From Candidatus Eiseniibacteriota bacterium (GTDB taxonomy: Bacteria; Eisenbacteria; RBG-16-71-46), in contig OY970342.1 of assembly GCA_963717505.1 (NCBI GenBank), positions 416,001-480,000 of the forward strand: 64,000 bases of DNA, in the 5' to 3' direction. Every line of letters starts with the position of its first letter. The stretch's first letter is position 1. The notes beneath the pieces are model-generated. The model saw nothing but the letters and a program-made list of their open reading frames with translations, searched no databases and was not told where the DNA came from. The position numbers were made by a program, and so were the translations under genes. Below are positions 8,942 through 19,156 of this stretch, piece after piece.

Positions 8942-10333
8942 CTACTTCCGGCGGATCTTGGGACCCTGGGCGCCGTCTTCGACCACAGCCCCCAACCGCG
9001 CCAGCTCGTCGCGCAGGGCATCGGCCCGTTTCCAGTCCCGGGCCTTGCGGGCCGCCTCGCGCTGGTCCACCAGCTGGAGGATTTGGTCGTCCCAGGTATC
9101 GGCAGCCGGCCGCTTCCAAAAGAGACCCAAAATTCCACCCAGCTGGAGCAACGTCCCGGCGCCGGCACGGGCCTCGGGGTCCCGGCCCTCGTCGAAGGCG
9201 CGATTGACGTGGCGGGAGAAGTCGAACAGGGCGCCGATCGCCTTGGCGCTGTTGAAGTCGTCGTCCATGGCATCCCGGAATTCACGACCGGCCTGGGCCG
9301 CAGCGTCGGCGATCGATCCGGCGACCGGGGGCGCTTCCTTCGCATCCCAGAGATCGGCCCGCTCGAGGGGCGAGCGCAGCCTCTGGTAGGCCACTCCCGC
9401 CTCGGCCAGACGCTCCTCGTTGAAGTCGATCGGACTTCGATAGTGCGTCGAGAGCAGGTAGAAGCGGACCACCTCAGGATCGACGCGGGCGGCAATGTCC
9501 TCGGCGAAGAACAGATTCCCGGTGCTCTTCGACATCTTCTCGCCGCCCAGGTTCACCATACCGTTCTCGCACCAGAAGTGGGCAAAGGACTTACCGGTCG
9601 CCCCCTCGGACTGGGCGATCTCGTTCTCATGGTGGGGGAAGATCAGGTCCTGGCCGCCACCGTGAATGTCGAATGTCTCCCCCAGGTACTTCATCGCCAT
9701 CGCCGAGCACTCGATGTGCCAGCCGGGTCGACCCGGACCCCACGGAGAATCCCAGGCCGGCTCCCCCGGCTTGGCGCCCTTCCACAGGGCGAAATCGAGG
9801 GCGTCGCGCTTCGCCTCCCCCGGCTCGATGCGATAGCCCTCGCGCATGTCGTCGACCCGGCGTCCCGAGAGTTTGCCGTAGTCGGCTTTGCTGCGGACGT
9901 CGAAGTAGACGTCGCCGCCGGCCGCGTAAGCGTGGCCGCGCTCGATCAGCTGCCGGATCATCGCGTGCATCTCGGGAATGTGCTCCGTCGCCCGCGGATA
10001 GTGCGTGGCCGGCTTGATGTTGTGCAGGGCGGCGACCTTGAGGTAGGCGTCGATGTTGCGTTGGCTCACCGACTCGTAGCCCAGCCCCTCTTCGTTCGCG
10101 CGCGCGATGATCTTGTCGTCGACGTCGGTGAAGTTGTAGAGGTAGGTCACCTCGTATCCCAGGAACTCGAGATAGCGGCGCATGATGTCGCCCGACATCG
10201 ACGAGCGAATGTGGCCGACGTGCGGCCGATTCTGAACCGTCATGCCGCACACGTACATGCCGACCTTCCCCGGCGTGACCGGCGAGAACTCCCGCTTGTC
10301 GCGCGACAGGGTGTCGTAGATCCGCAGCGTCAT
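8942..10333 (-). CDS. cysS: Cysteine--tRNA ligase
   Basis: [33 protein letters not shown]. Confidence 0.99.
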   Translation of the reverse strand: MTLRIYDTLSRDKREFSPVTPGKVGMYVCGMTVQNRPHVGHIRSSMSGDIMRRYLEFLGYEVTYLYNFTDVDDKIIARANEEGLGYESVSQRNIDAYLKVAALHNIKPATHYPRATEHIPEMHAMIRQLIERGHAYAAGGDVYFDVRSKADYGKLSGRRVDDMREGYRIEPGEAKRDALDFALWKGAKPGEPAWDSPWGPGRPGWHIECSAMAMKYLGETFDIHGGGQDLIFPHHENEIAQSEGATGKSFAHFWCENGMVNLGGEKMSKSTGNLFFAEDIAARVDPEVVRFYLLSTHYRSPIDFNEERLAEAGVAYQRLRSPLERADLWDAKEAPPVAGSIADAAAQAGREFRDAMDDDFNSAKAIGALFDFSRHVNRAFDEGRDPEARAGAGTLLQLGGILGLFWKRPAADTWDDQILQLVDQREAARKARDWKRADALRDELARLGAVVEDGAQGPKIRRK

Positions 10334-10370
10334 CGGCCCCCCGGTGGCCGGTGCCTGGTCGACGAAACGG

Positions 10371-11429
10371 TCACGTCAGGCTTGCGACTGTCTTCTGGTC
10401 GAGACGCTTCACCAACGCGACCAGCAGTTGGACGGTCTTCTCGAAGTCGCGGTAGTCGATGATGCTGACGTGGCTGTGGATGTAGCGGGTCGCACAGCCC
10501 ATCGCGATCGACGGCACACCCTCGCCGTGCAGGTGGATGCGGCCGATGTCGGTGCCTCCCCGCTCGACGGACTCGAATTGGAGCGGAATCCGCAAGCGGC
10601 GCGCGGTATCGATCACCAGATCGAGCAGTCGGCGGTTGGGAATCGCGGTCGCGTCGTAGATCACTACCAGCGGGCCGCCGCCCAGCTTCTCGTCGCCTTC
10701 GGTGCCCGGCGTGTCGTGGGCGATCCCGGTGTCGAGTGCGATCGCCACGTCGGGTCGGGTCTTGAACGCCGCCGTCTGAGCACCCCGCAGCCCGACTTCT
10801 TCCTGGGCGGTCGCGACCGCAAGCAGCGTGTTGGGATGCTTCACGCCTTTGAGCCGGCGCGCGGTCTCGGCGGCGAGCGCGCATCCGAGGCGGTTGTCCC
10901 ACGCCTTGGCCAACAGCAGGTCGGGGTTGGCCATGACGGTGAACGACGAATCGGGAACGATCGGGTCGCCGGGGCGGATGTCGAGCTTCTTCCTCACGTC
11001 GAAGTCCGAGGTCGCACCGACGTCGAGGTAGAGCTCGCGAATCTCGAGCACCTTCTTGCGGTCCTCATCGCGCAGCTCGTGCGGCGGCTTGGACCCGGCG
11101 ACCGCCAGCACATCGCCTTTTCGCGTCTTGATGATGAAGCGCTGCGCGAGCACCACGTGTCCCCACCAGCCCCCGAGCTGGAGGAACTTGACGAAGCCGT
11201 CCTTGGTCACCGACTTCACCATGAAGCCGACTTCGTCCAGATGTCCGGCGAGCATGACCCGCGGCCCGGAACCGCCGACCTTCTCGCAGACGAAACTGCC
11301 GAGCCGGTCGCGCGTGATCGCGCCAATGCCTTTGAGGTGCCGCGCCATCACCGCGGCGACTTCGTGTTCGAATCCCGGCACGCCGTGGGCTTCGACCAGC
11401 TCCTTGAGAAACTGCGTCGTCCGATCCAT
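10371..11429 (-). CDS. M42 family aminopeptidase
   Basis: AGHLDEVG, KAWDNR, QEEVGLRGA, GGTD, RYIHS. Confidence 0.95.
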   Translation of the reverse strand: MDRTTQFLKELVEAHGVPGFEHEVAAVMARHLKGIGAITRDRLGSFVCEKVGGSGPRVMLAGHLDEVGFMVKSVTKDGFVKFLQLGGWWGHVVLAQRFIIKTRKGDVLAVAGSKPPHELRDEDRKKVLEIRELYLDVGATSDFDVRKKLDIRPGDPIVPDSSFTVMANPDLLLAKAWDNRLGCALAAETARRLKGVKHPNTLLAVATAQEEVGLRGAQTAAFKTRPDVAIALDTGIAHDTPGTEGDEKLGGGPLVVIYDATAIPNRRLLDLVIDTARRLRIPLQFESVERGGTDIGRIHLHGEGVPSIAMGCATRYIHSHVSIIDYRDFEKTVQLLVALVKRLDQKTVASLT

Positions 11430-11476
11430 GAATGCTCCTGCAGCAGGGTGGGTGCGGGACGGGGGAGCCCGCGGGG

Positions 11477-12517
11477 TCAGGTGGCGGGGTCGACCTCGTG
11501 CGTGTCCTCGCGGACGCGGCGGTGGCGGCGGCGCCAGTCTTCGATCGCCAGGTCGAGCATGCGCGCGACCAGCTGATCGTAGGACATGCCGCACGCACGC
11601 GCCGCCATCGGCACCAGACTGGTCGGGGTCATGCCGGGAACCGTATTGACTTCCAGACACCACGGGGCGCCCGCCGGATCGAGCCGGAAGTCCGTGCGCG
11701 AGACCCCGCGGCATCCGAGCACGCGCGACGCGCGCAGGCCCAGTTCGCGGACCCGCTCGGCGAGTGCCGCCGGCAGATCCGCCGGACAGAAGTACTCGCT
11801 CTTGCCCGCGGTGTACTTCGACTCGTAGTCGTAGTGGCCGCCCTGCGGCCGGATCTCGACGATCGGCAGCGCCTCGTCACCCAGAACCGCGACCGTCAGC
11901 TCGCGGCCCGGGATGTACTGCTCGATCAGGACCTCGGGGCCGTGCTCGAAAGCCAGATCCAGGGCTTCGGCCAGATCGTCGGCGCGGCTGACGATGGTCA
12001 ATCCGACGGTCGAGCCTTCGGCGTTCGGCTTGACCACGAGCGGGTAGCCCCCCAGCGCCGTGGCATCGACCAACGTGTCGCCGGCGCGCACCAGGCGCCA
12101 CCGAGGCGTCGGGACGCCCTCGCGTTCGAAGACGCGCTTGGCCATCGCTTTGTCCATGGCCAGAGCACTCGCGAGCACGCCCGAGCCGGTGTACGGACGG
12201 CCGGCGAGCTCGAGCAGGGCCTGGACGGTGCCGTCCTCCCCCGCGCCACCGTGCAACGCGACGAATACGACGTCGGCCTCGCCGAGCGCCGGCGCTTCGG
12301 CCAGCGCGGCCGCCGAGCGCTCGGGCAGGCGGCGCACGGCTTCGGCGGGCAGCGCGGCCTTGGCTTCGTCGCCCGGCGGCAGCAGGCGGCCATTCGCCGC
12401 ATCGATCGCCAGCACCTCGTGGCCGAGATGTTTGAGCGCCTGAACCACGCCCTGGCCGGTTCGGAGCGAGATCTCGCGCTCGGCCGATCGGCCACCCATG
12501 AGGACTGCGACTTTCAT
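11477..12517 (-). CDS. ddl: D-alanine--D-alanine ligase
   Basis: GGRSAEREIS, LHGGAGEDG, YDYESKY, LEVNTVPG. Confidence 0.98.
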   Translation of the reverse strand: MKVAVLMGGRSAEREISLRTGQGVVQALKHLGHEVLAIDAANGRLLPPGDEAKAALPAEAVRRLPERSAAALAEAPALGEADVVFVALHGGAGEDGTVQALLELAGRPYTGSGVLASALAMDKAMAKRVFEREGVPTPRWRLVRAGDTLVDATALGGYPLVVKPNAEGSTVGLTIVSRADDLAEALDLAFEHGPEVLIEQYIPGRELTVAVLGDEALPIVEIRPQGGHYDYESKYTAGKSEYFCPADLPAALAERVRELGLRASRVLGCRGVSRTDFRLDPAGAPWCLEVNTVPGMTPTSLVPMAARACGMSYDQLVARMLDLAIEDWRRRHRRVREDTHEVDPAT

Positions 12518-13968
12518 CGAGGCCTTTCGGTTGACGGCGACCGCGCGGCCGCAGCGCGCAATCGCGCGACGCAGCGGTCACGACCCAGCGCTTCGGCGAT
12601 TCGCGGCAACTCGGGTCCATGCGTGCGCCCGGTCAACGCCGCGCGCACCGGCTGGTGGAGTTCGCGGCCTTTGACGCCCAGTCGCGCGCCGGTTTCGTGA
12701 AGGGCGGATTTAATCCGCTCGGGACTCCACTCCGCAAGCGAGCCGAGGGCCTCGGCCCATGCCGCGCAGACCTCGGGCGCGCGAGCGGCCTCGAGGCTCG
12801 CGCGCGCTTCGGGCTCGAACGCGGGCGGATCGGTCATGTAGGGCTCGAGCTCGCGATCCAACTCCGCCAGGGTGGTCACGTTGCCCCGCACCAGCTCGAG
12901 CCAACGGCGCACCTCCTCGGGAGAGCGGCCCTGGAGCCCGGCCGGAAGCAGCTCGCGGCTCCAGCGTTCCAGCTCCTCGCCGCTCGCGTGATGCAGGTAG
13001 TGGGCGTTGACCCAGCGCAGCTTGTCGGGATCGAACACCGAGCCGCTGGCGCCGACACGATCGAGGGTGAACGCCTCGAGCAACTCGGTGCGCGTGAGGA
13101 TTTCGCGGTCGTCCCCCGGATGGAACCCGAGCAGGGCCAGATAACTGAGCAGCGCTTCCGGAACGAACCCATTGCGCCGGTAGTCCCCGACCGCGACCGC
13201 GGCCTCGCCCTCGCGCTTGCTCATCTTGCTGCGGTCGCGGTTGAGGATCAACGGCACGTGCGCATAGGTCGGAGGCGTTTCGCCCATGGCCTCGAGCAGC
13301 ATGAGCTGCCGTGGCGTGTTCGGGAGGTGCTCCTCGGCGCGGATCACGTGGCTGATGCGCATCGCGGCGTCGTCCACGGCGCACGCGAAGTTGTACGTCG
13401 GCAGCCCGTTCGAGCGCAGGAGGACGAAGTCCCCGACCATGCCCGCCGGGAAGCGAACTTCGCCGCGAACCCGATCCTCGAGCACCCAGTCGCGGTCGGG
13501 CACCGTGAATCGAATGCTCGCCGGGCCGCCGGCCCCGCGCGCAGCGCGCTCGGCGGCCGAAAGCGCGCGACAGCGGCCGTCGTAGTGCGGCGGCCGGCCG
13601 GCCGCGAGGGCGGCGCGCCGGCGTGCCTCGAGTTCCTCATCGGTGCAGAAGCAGGGATAGGCCCGCCCGCGGCCGACCAGATCCTCGGCGCGCGCGCGAT
13701 AGAGATCGAGTCGCTCGCTCTGCCGGTAGGGCCCATAGGGACCGCCGCGATCCGGGCCCTCGTCCCATTCGAGGCCGAGCCAGCGCAGGTCGTCGAGCAC
13801 CCCCGACTCGCTCTCGGCGCTCGAGCGAGCGAGGTCGGTGTCCTCGACCCGGATCACGAACACGCCGCCGCTCTGGCGCGCGAACAGCCAGTTGAAGTAG
13901 GCGGTGCGGGCGCCCCCCACGTGCAGCCATCCGGTCGGGCTGGGCGCGAAGCGAACACGAACGCTCAT
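12514..13968 (-). CDS. gltX: Glutamate--tRNA ligase
   Basis: RFAPSPTGWLHVG, KMSKR, anticodon-binding domain. Confidence 0.97.
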   Translation of the reverse strand: MSVRVRFAPSPTGWLHVGGARTAYFNWLFARQSGGVFVIRVEDTDLARSSAESESGVLDDLRWLGLEWDEGPDRGGPYGPYRQSERLDLYRARAEDLVGRGRAYPCFCTDEELEARRRAALAAGRPPHYDGRCRALSAAERAARGAGGPASIRFTVPDRDWVLEDRVRGEVRFPAGMVGDFVLLRSNGLPTYNFACAVDDAAMRISHVIRAEEHLPNTPRQLMLLEAMGETPPTYAHVPLILNRDRSKMSKREGEAAVAVGDYRRNGFVPEALLSYLALLGFHPGDDREILTRTELLEAFTLDRVGASGSVFDPDKLRWVNAHYLHHASGEELERWSRELLPAGLQGRSPEEVRRWLELVRGNVTTLAELDRELEPYMTDPPAFEPEARASLEAARAPEVCAAWAEALGSLAEWSPERIKSALHETGARLGVKGRELHQPVRAALTGRTHGPELPRIAEALGRDRCVARLRAAAARSPSTERPR

Positions 13969-14029
13969 TGCGAGCGGGACACGACGCCCTGGGTGCGGCG
14001 CATCGTGGATCGCCGCGGCCGGAGCGGAG

Positions 14030-14509
14030 TCATGGGATCTCGATCATCGCCACCGCGGCGGCCGCGATGCCTTCGCGACGTCCGACCGAGCCGATGGTCT
14101 CGTGGGTCGTCGCCTTGACCGACACGTTCTTGTCGCCGATCCGCAGCACCCGGGCGATGTTGACCCGCATCGCGTCGCGGCTCGGCGCGATCCTCGGCTC
14201 CTCGGCGATCACGGTGGCGTCGACATTGACGATCTTTGCACCCGCGCCCTCGAGCATCGAACGTATGGTGCTCAGCAGGTCCAGACTGGAAGCGTCCTTC
14301 CAGCGCGGATCGCTCGGGGGAAAGTGCGTGCCCAGGTCGCCGAGCGCGACCGCGCCCAGCAACGCATCGCCGATCGCGTGACAGAGCACGTCGGCGTCGC
14401 TGTGGCCGACCAGGCCCCAGTCGGTCTGGAAACGCACGCCGCCCAACACCAGCAGCCGCCCCTGGGCGCGCTGGTGCACGTCGTACCCGAATCCCACGTG
14501 CAGCGGCAT
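14030..14509 (-). CDS. ispF: 2-C-methyl-D-erythritol 2,4-cyclodiphosphate synthase
   Basis: GFGYDVH, GHSDADV, KATTHE. Confidence 0.97.
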   Translation of the reverse strand: MPLHVGFGYDVHQRAQGRLLVLGGVRFQTDWGLVGHSDADVLCHAIGDALLGAVALGDLGTHFPPSDPRWKDASSLDLLSTIRSMLEGAGAKIVNVDATVIAEEPRIAPSRDAMRVNIARVLRIGDKNVSVKATTHETIGSVGRREGIAAAAVAMIEIP

Positions 14510-15189
14510 CAGGTCCTCGATGTTCGTGACGCGAGCAAGGCGGCGGCCATCTCCAGATCGGCCGGCGTCGTGATCTTGAAGTTCAGCGGGTCCCCCGGCG
14601 TGACCCTCACCCGATGCCCCGCGGCTTCGACCAGTGCCGCGTCGTCGGTGGCATGCGCCGACGCCTGCCGGTGCGCCGCTTCGAGCCAGTCGCGACGAAA
14701 CACCTGCGGCGTCTGCGCCCGCCACAAACCGGCGCGCGGAACCGTCGACTCGACGACACCGACCGAAACCCGCTTGATCGTGTCGTCGAGCGGGATCGCG
14801 GCGAGCGCGGCCCCGCATTCCATCGCATCCGCGATACAGCGCGCAACCAGCTCGGGCGTGACCAGAGCCCGCGCGGCATCGTGGATCGCCACCAGGTCGA
14901 ATCCGGGCGGCAGGGACGCGAGCCCGCGCGCGACCGAGTCCTGGCGCTCGGGGCCGCCTTCGCACCACGCCACGACGCGATTCGGGGCGGCACCCGAGGC
15001 CGCGTGCGCCGCCCGCAGTGCGGCGACCGGACCGACCACCACGATGCCGGTGATGGCGGGGGTCCGATCGAGTGCATCAAGACTCCAAAGAAACAGCGCT
15101 CGACCGGCGAGCGGCGCCAGGGCCTTGCCGCCCGACGATCCCAGGCGCTCGCCCCGCCCGGCGCAGAGCAGAATCGCCGCGGTGGTCAC
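14509..15189 (-). CDS. ispD: MEP cytidylyltransferase
   Basis: AGRGERL, RQDSV, HDAAR, QTPQ, TDDA, KITT. Confidence 0.97.
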   Translation of the reverse strand: MTTAAILLCAGRGERLGSSGGKALAPLAGRALFLWSLDALDRTPAITGIVVVGPVAALRAAHAASGAAPNRVVAWCEGGPERQDSVARGLASLPPGFDLVAIHDAARALVTPELVARCIADAMECGAALAAIPLDDTIKRVSVGVVESTVPRAGLWRAQTPQVFRRDWLEAAHRQASAHATDDAALVEAAGHRVRVTPGDPLNFKITTPADLEMAAALLASRTSRT

Positions 15190-16619
15190 GACGTCGCGGG
15201 AGCGCGCACCGGTTCGGCCGCCGGACGCGGTCCGAGCACCAGCTCGAGCGCATCGCGCAGGTGGGCGACCGGCAGGATCTCGATCCCGCCGATCTCGGCC
15301 TCGGTCGCCTGGGAGGCCGGCACCGCCGCGCGCACGAACCCGAGTTGCCGGGCCTCGCGCACGCGCAGGTCCAGCCGCGGCACGCGCCGCAGCTCGCCGG
15401 ACAGCGAAACCTCGCCCGCCAGCAGCGTGCGCTCGAGCACCGGACGCTGCAGGAACGACGAAGCCACCGCGATCGCCACCCCGAGGTCGGTGCCCGGCTC
15501 CTCGAGCCTGAGTCCGCCGGTCACGGTCACGAACACGTCGTGACGGCCCAATCGGAGCCGGACGCGGCGCTCGAGCACCGCGAGCAGTACGGCCAGTCGC
15601 TTGGGATCGAACCCGCTCGTCACCCGCTGGGGAACGCCGTAAAAGGAGGACGAAACCAGCGCCTGGACCTCGACCAGCAGGGGTCGGGTGCCTTCGAGGC
15701 TGGCGACCACGCTGGTGCCGGGCGAGGGTGCGCGATCCTCCCCGAGGAACGCGGCACTGGGATTCGGCACGCCGGCGAGCCCCGAAGCATCCATCTCGAA
15801 GACGCCCAGCTCGTGGGTCGAGCCGAATCGGTTCTTGGCGGCGCGCAGCGTGCGGTAATGCTGATAGCGCTCACCCTCCAGGTAGAGCACGGCGTCGACC
15901 AGGTGCTCGAGTACCCGCGGCCCCGCGACCGCTCCGTCCTTGGTGACGTGCCCGACCAGGAACACCGCGGGCCCGCCCTGCTTGGCGTACTGCATCAGCG
16001 CCAGCCCGCATTCGCGCACCTGCGACACCGAGCCGGGCGCCCCGTCGACGTCGGAACGAGAAATCGTCTGGATCGAGTCGACGACCACCAATTGTGGCTG
16101 GAGTCGCGTCGCCGCCTCGAGCACGGCTTCCAGCTCGGTTTCGCACAGGATCAGCAGCCGCTCGGGAATCGCACCCAGGCGTTCGGCCCGCCCGCGCACC
16201 TGCTGCTCGCTCTCTTCGCCGGCGACGTAAAGCGCGGTCAGTCCGCGCCCGGCGACCGCGGCCGCGAGCTGGAGGAGCAGCGTGCTCTTGCCGATCCCGG
16301 GATCGCCGCCGACCAGCACCAGCGAGCCGGCCATGATGCCGCCACCGAGCACGCGATCGAGCTCGGCGATGCCGGTCACCTGGCGCTCGTCACTGCGGTT
16401 CGCGACCTCGGCGAGCGGACGCGGCGTGGCAGGAGCGGCCGCGCTCCGCCAGCCCCGTCGCGTCGCAGTACTCCGACCGCCGGTGCGCGCTCCCGATTCG
16501 GACGGCGACTCGGCCGCCGTGTTCCAGGCGGCGCACGCCTCGCAGCGCCCGAACCAACGGGGCGATTCGTGTCCGCAGGCCGTGCAGAAAAACGAGGTCT
16601 TTGCCGACTTCACTTTCAC
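15186..16619 (-). CDS. radA: DNA repair protein RadA/Sms
   Basis: C4 zinc finger, GDPGIGKST, KNRFG. Confidence 0.98.
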   Translation of the reverse strand: MKVKSAKTSFFCTACGHESPRWFGRCEACAAWNTAAESPSESGARTGGRSTATRRGWRSAAAPATPRPLAEVANRSDERQVTGIAELDRVLGGGIMAGSLVLVGGDPGIGKSTLLLQLAAAVAGRGLTALYVAGEESEQQVRGRAERLGAIPERLLILCETELEAVLEAATRLQPQLVVVDSIQTISRSDVDGAPGSVSQVRECGLALMQYAKQGGPAVFLVGHVTKDGAVAGPRVLEHLVDAVLYLEGERYQHYRTLRAAKNRFGSTHELGVFEMDASGLAGVPNPSAAFLGEDRAPSPGTSVVASLEGTRPLLVEVQALVSSSFYGVPQRVTSGFDPKRLAVLLAVLERRVRLRLGRHDVFVTVTGGLRLEEPGTDLGVAIAVASSFLQRPVLERTLLAGEVSLSGELRRVPRLDLRVREARQLGFVRAAVPASQATEAEIGGIEILPVAHLRDALELVLGPRPAAEPVRAPATS

Positions 16620-16651
16620 GTGGGCTCACTCCGCCCGGGGACGGGACTGAC

Positions 16652-17545
16652 TCAGAACACGCTGACTTTGAAGTACTTCTTCGGGTTGGCTTTGACGTCC
16701 TCGATCAAGGCGCGCAGCGCTTGCACCGAGGCCGTGAGGTCGGTGTAGAGCTGGTCGTCCTGCACCAGTTTGCCGAGCGTGCCGTCGCCGCGGTCGATCC
16801 GAGTGGCGAGCCGCTGCACCACCATGCGCAGCGAGTCGAGGCGACCGCTCAAGTGGTCGAGCTTTTCCGCCGCGCTCGAGAAGTGTTCGAGGCTCTTGCG
16901 CAGCTCGGCCTCGCGATCCGTGGTCAGGGCCTTGGCGGTCTTCGACGCCGCCGCGAAGTTCTCGAGCGTGCTGCGTAGCAGGGCGCGGTTCTCGGACACC
17001 GCCAATCGCAACTCCTCGCTGGTGGCGCTGAAGTTGTGGATCGTGTTCTGCAGCTGCCCTTCCGCCGAAATCGAGGTCGCCAGGCGCCCGAGCTGGACCG
17101 AGAGCGTGTTCACCGCGTCCACGGTGGTCCCGAGCTGGCCCATGACCTCGCCCATTCCGGGCTCGTAGACGCCGGGGACCACTTCGTCGGCCCCGTAGCG
17201 CCGGCCGCCGGTGCGCAGGTCGACCGCAATCACGCGCTCGCCCATCAGCCCGACGTTGCGGATCGTGACCCGACTGTCGGTGGTCAGCACGACCGCACGC
17301 TCGAGCTGCAGCTCGACCTCGACGTGGTCCTCGACCAGATGCATCGACTTCACCTGCCCCTTGCGAATGCCGTTGACGTGGACTTCGTCGCTGGCTGCGA
17401 GTCCGCCGACTTCCGGGAAGCTGATCCTGTAGACGTGGGTGTCGTGCTGGAGCGTGTATTCCTTGAGCCAGCCCACTCCCGCGATCAAGACCACCACGGC
17501 CACGATCACCGTGACGCCGACCTGGATCTCGGTCCTACGACTCAA
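16652..17545 (-). CDS. mlaD: MCE/MlaD family protein
   Basis: N-terminal TM, MCE domain, helical tail GTLGKLVQDDQLY...NPKKYF. Confidence 0.9.
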   Translation of the reverse strand: MSRRTEIQVGVTVIVAVVVLIAGVGWLKEYTLQHDTHVYRISFPEVGGLAASDEVHVNGIRKGQVKSMHLVEDHVEVELQLERAVVLTTDSRVTIRNVGLMGERVIAVDLRTGGRRYGADEVVPGVYEPGMGEVMGQLGTTVDAVNTLSVQLGRLATSISAEGQLQNTIHNFSATSEELRLAVSENRALLRSTLENFAAASKTAKALTTDREAELRKSLEHFSSAAEKLDHLSGRLDSLRMVVQRLATRIDRGDGTLGKLVQDDQLYTDLTASVQALRALIEDVKANPKKYFKVSVF

Positions 17546-17596
17546 CCCAACCTCCTGAGTTTCAATGGAATGCGATGGCTTGGCACGGGCTTCGTG

Positions 17597-18343
17597 CTAG
17601 ACCGGCTGGATCGGTCCCTCGCTGGATCCATCGAGGAACTGTCGCACGTACGGATTGCGGGTCTCGCGCACTTCCTCGGCAGTCCCGGAAAATACCACCT
17701 TTCCGCCGTAGAGCATGGCGAGACGGTCGGCGACCTTGAACGTGCTCTGCAGATCGTGGGTCACGACCACCGAGGTGACGCCGAGACGTTTCTGCATGCC
17801 GCGAATCAACTGGTCGATCACGTCGGCAGTGATCGGATCGAGGCCGGTGGTCGGCTCGTCGTAGAGCACGAACTGCGGATCCATGACGATCGCGCGCGCC
17901 AGCCCGACCCGTTTGCGCATGCCGCCCGAGAGTGCTGCGGGCTTCATGTGCTCGACGCCCTTGAGTCCCACCCATTCGAGGCGTTCCCGCACGCGATTCT
18001 CGACTTCAGTGCGCGCCAGCCGTTGGTGCTCGACCAACGGCAGGCCGACGTTCTCGCCGACGGTCATCGAATCGAAGAGCGCCGAACCCTGGAACAGCAT
18101 CCCGAAGCGCCGCCGCACCCGGTTCAACTCGTGCTCCCGGCGTCCGACGACTTCCTCGCCGTCGATCTTGATCGAACCCTCGTCGGCGTCCATGAGTCCG
18201 ACGATGTGCTTGAGCAAAACGCTCTTCCCGGTGCCGCTCGGGCCCAGGACCACCACGGTCTCGCCCGAAGCGACGTCGAGGTCGACCCCGTCCAGGACCC
18301 AGCGGTCTCCAAGGCGCTTGCGCAGTCCGCGGATCTCGATCAT
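17597..18343 (-). CDS. mlaF: MlaF-type ABC ATPase
   Basis: GPSGTGKS, LSGGMRKR, YDEPTTGLDP. Confidence 0.92.
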   Translation of the reverse strand: MIEIRGLRKRLGDRWVLDGVDLDVASGETVVVLGPSGTGKSVLLKHIVGLMDADEGSIKIDGEEVVGRREHELNRVRRRFGMLFQGSALFDSMTVGENVGLPLVEHQRLARTEVENRVRERLEWVGLKGVEHMKPAALSGGMRKRVGLARAIVMDPQFVLYDEPTTGLDPITADVIDQLIRGMQKRLGVTSVVVTHDLQSTFKVADRLAMLYGGKVVFSGTAEEVRETRNPYVRQFLDGSSEGPIQPV

Positions 18344-18346
18344 GCG

Positions 18347-19156
18347 TCAGTCCGCAAAGATGATCCGGAACAGGACACTGGCCAGGAAGTAGTCGCTGAC
18401 CAGCACCAGGACGCACGACGCGACCACTGCGTGGGTCGTCGCCCGGCCGACGCCCTCGGCGCCGCCGGAGGTTGCGAATCCGAAGTAGCAACCCATGGTG
18501 CCGATGATGTTGCCGAACACCACCGCCTTGATCAGCCCCGACCACAGGTCCTTCACGTAGAAGAAGTTCTTGAGTCCATCGACGTAGGTCGCCGGGCTCA
18601 TGCCGATCGTGGTCACTGCGACCAGGAAGCCACCGAAGATCGCGATCGCGTCCGCCAGAATCGTGATCACCGGCAACATCACGGTGGCCGCGACCACCCG
18701 CGGCACGATCAGGTAACGGATCGGGTTCACGCCCATGGCGCGCATCGCATCGATCTGCTCGGTGACCTTCATGCTGCCCAGCTCGGCCGCGATCGCGGCG
18801 CCGACCCGCCCACCGACCACCAGCGCGGTGAGCACCGGCCCGAGCTCGATGATCACCGAACGCAGGATCACCGCGCCGAGGTACTTGAGCGGCACGACGC
18901 TGGAGAACTGGTAGGCGGCCTGCACCGCGGCAACCGCGCCGGTGAACAGGCTGACCACGATCACCAGGCTGAGCGATCCGACGCCGATGGTGTTCATCTG
19001 GTCGACGACCAGGCCGATGCGTGGACCACGCCGGACGGTCGAGACCAGCATGTCGCGGACCAGGAACGTCACGCGGCCGACGTGCGCCACCAGGTCGAGC
19101 AGTCGATCCACCGCCAGGCGCACGCCGGCGATGGCCACCGACGGCGGCGAGTTCAA
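18347..19156 (-). CDS. mlaE: MlaE-type ABC permease
   Basis: ELGPVL, GRVGAAIAAELGSMKVTEQIDAM, GAEGVGRATT. Confidence 0.93.
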   Translation of the reverse strand: MNSPPSVAIAGVRLAVDRLLDLVAHVGRVTFLVRDMLVSTVRRGPRIGLVVDQMNTIGVGSLSLVIVVSLFTGAVAAVQAAYQFSSVVPLKYLGAVILRSVIIELGPVLTALVVGGRVGAAIAAELGSMKVTEQIDAMRAMGVNPIRYLIVPRVVAATVMLPVITILADAIAIFGGFLVAVTTIGMSPATYVDGLKNFFYVKDLWSGLIKAVVFGNIIGTMGCYFGFATSGGAEGVGRATTHAVVASCVLVLVSDYFLASVLFRIIFAD

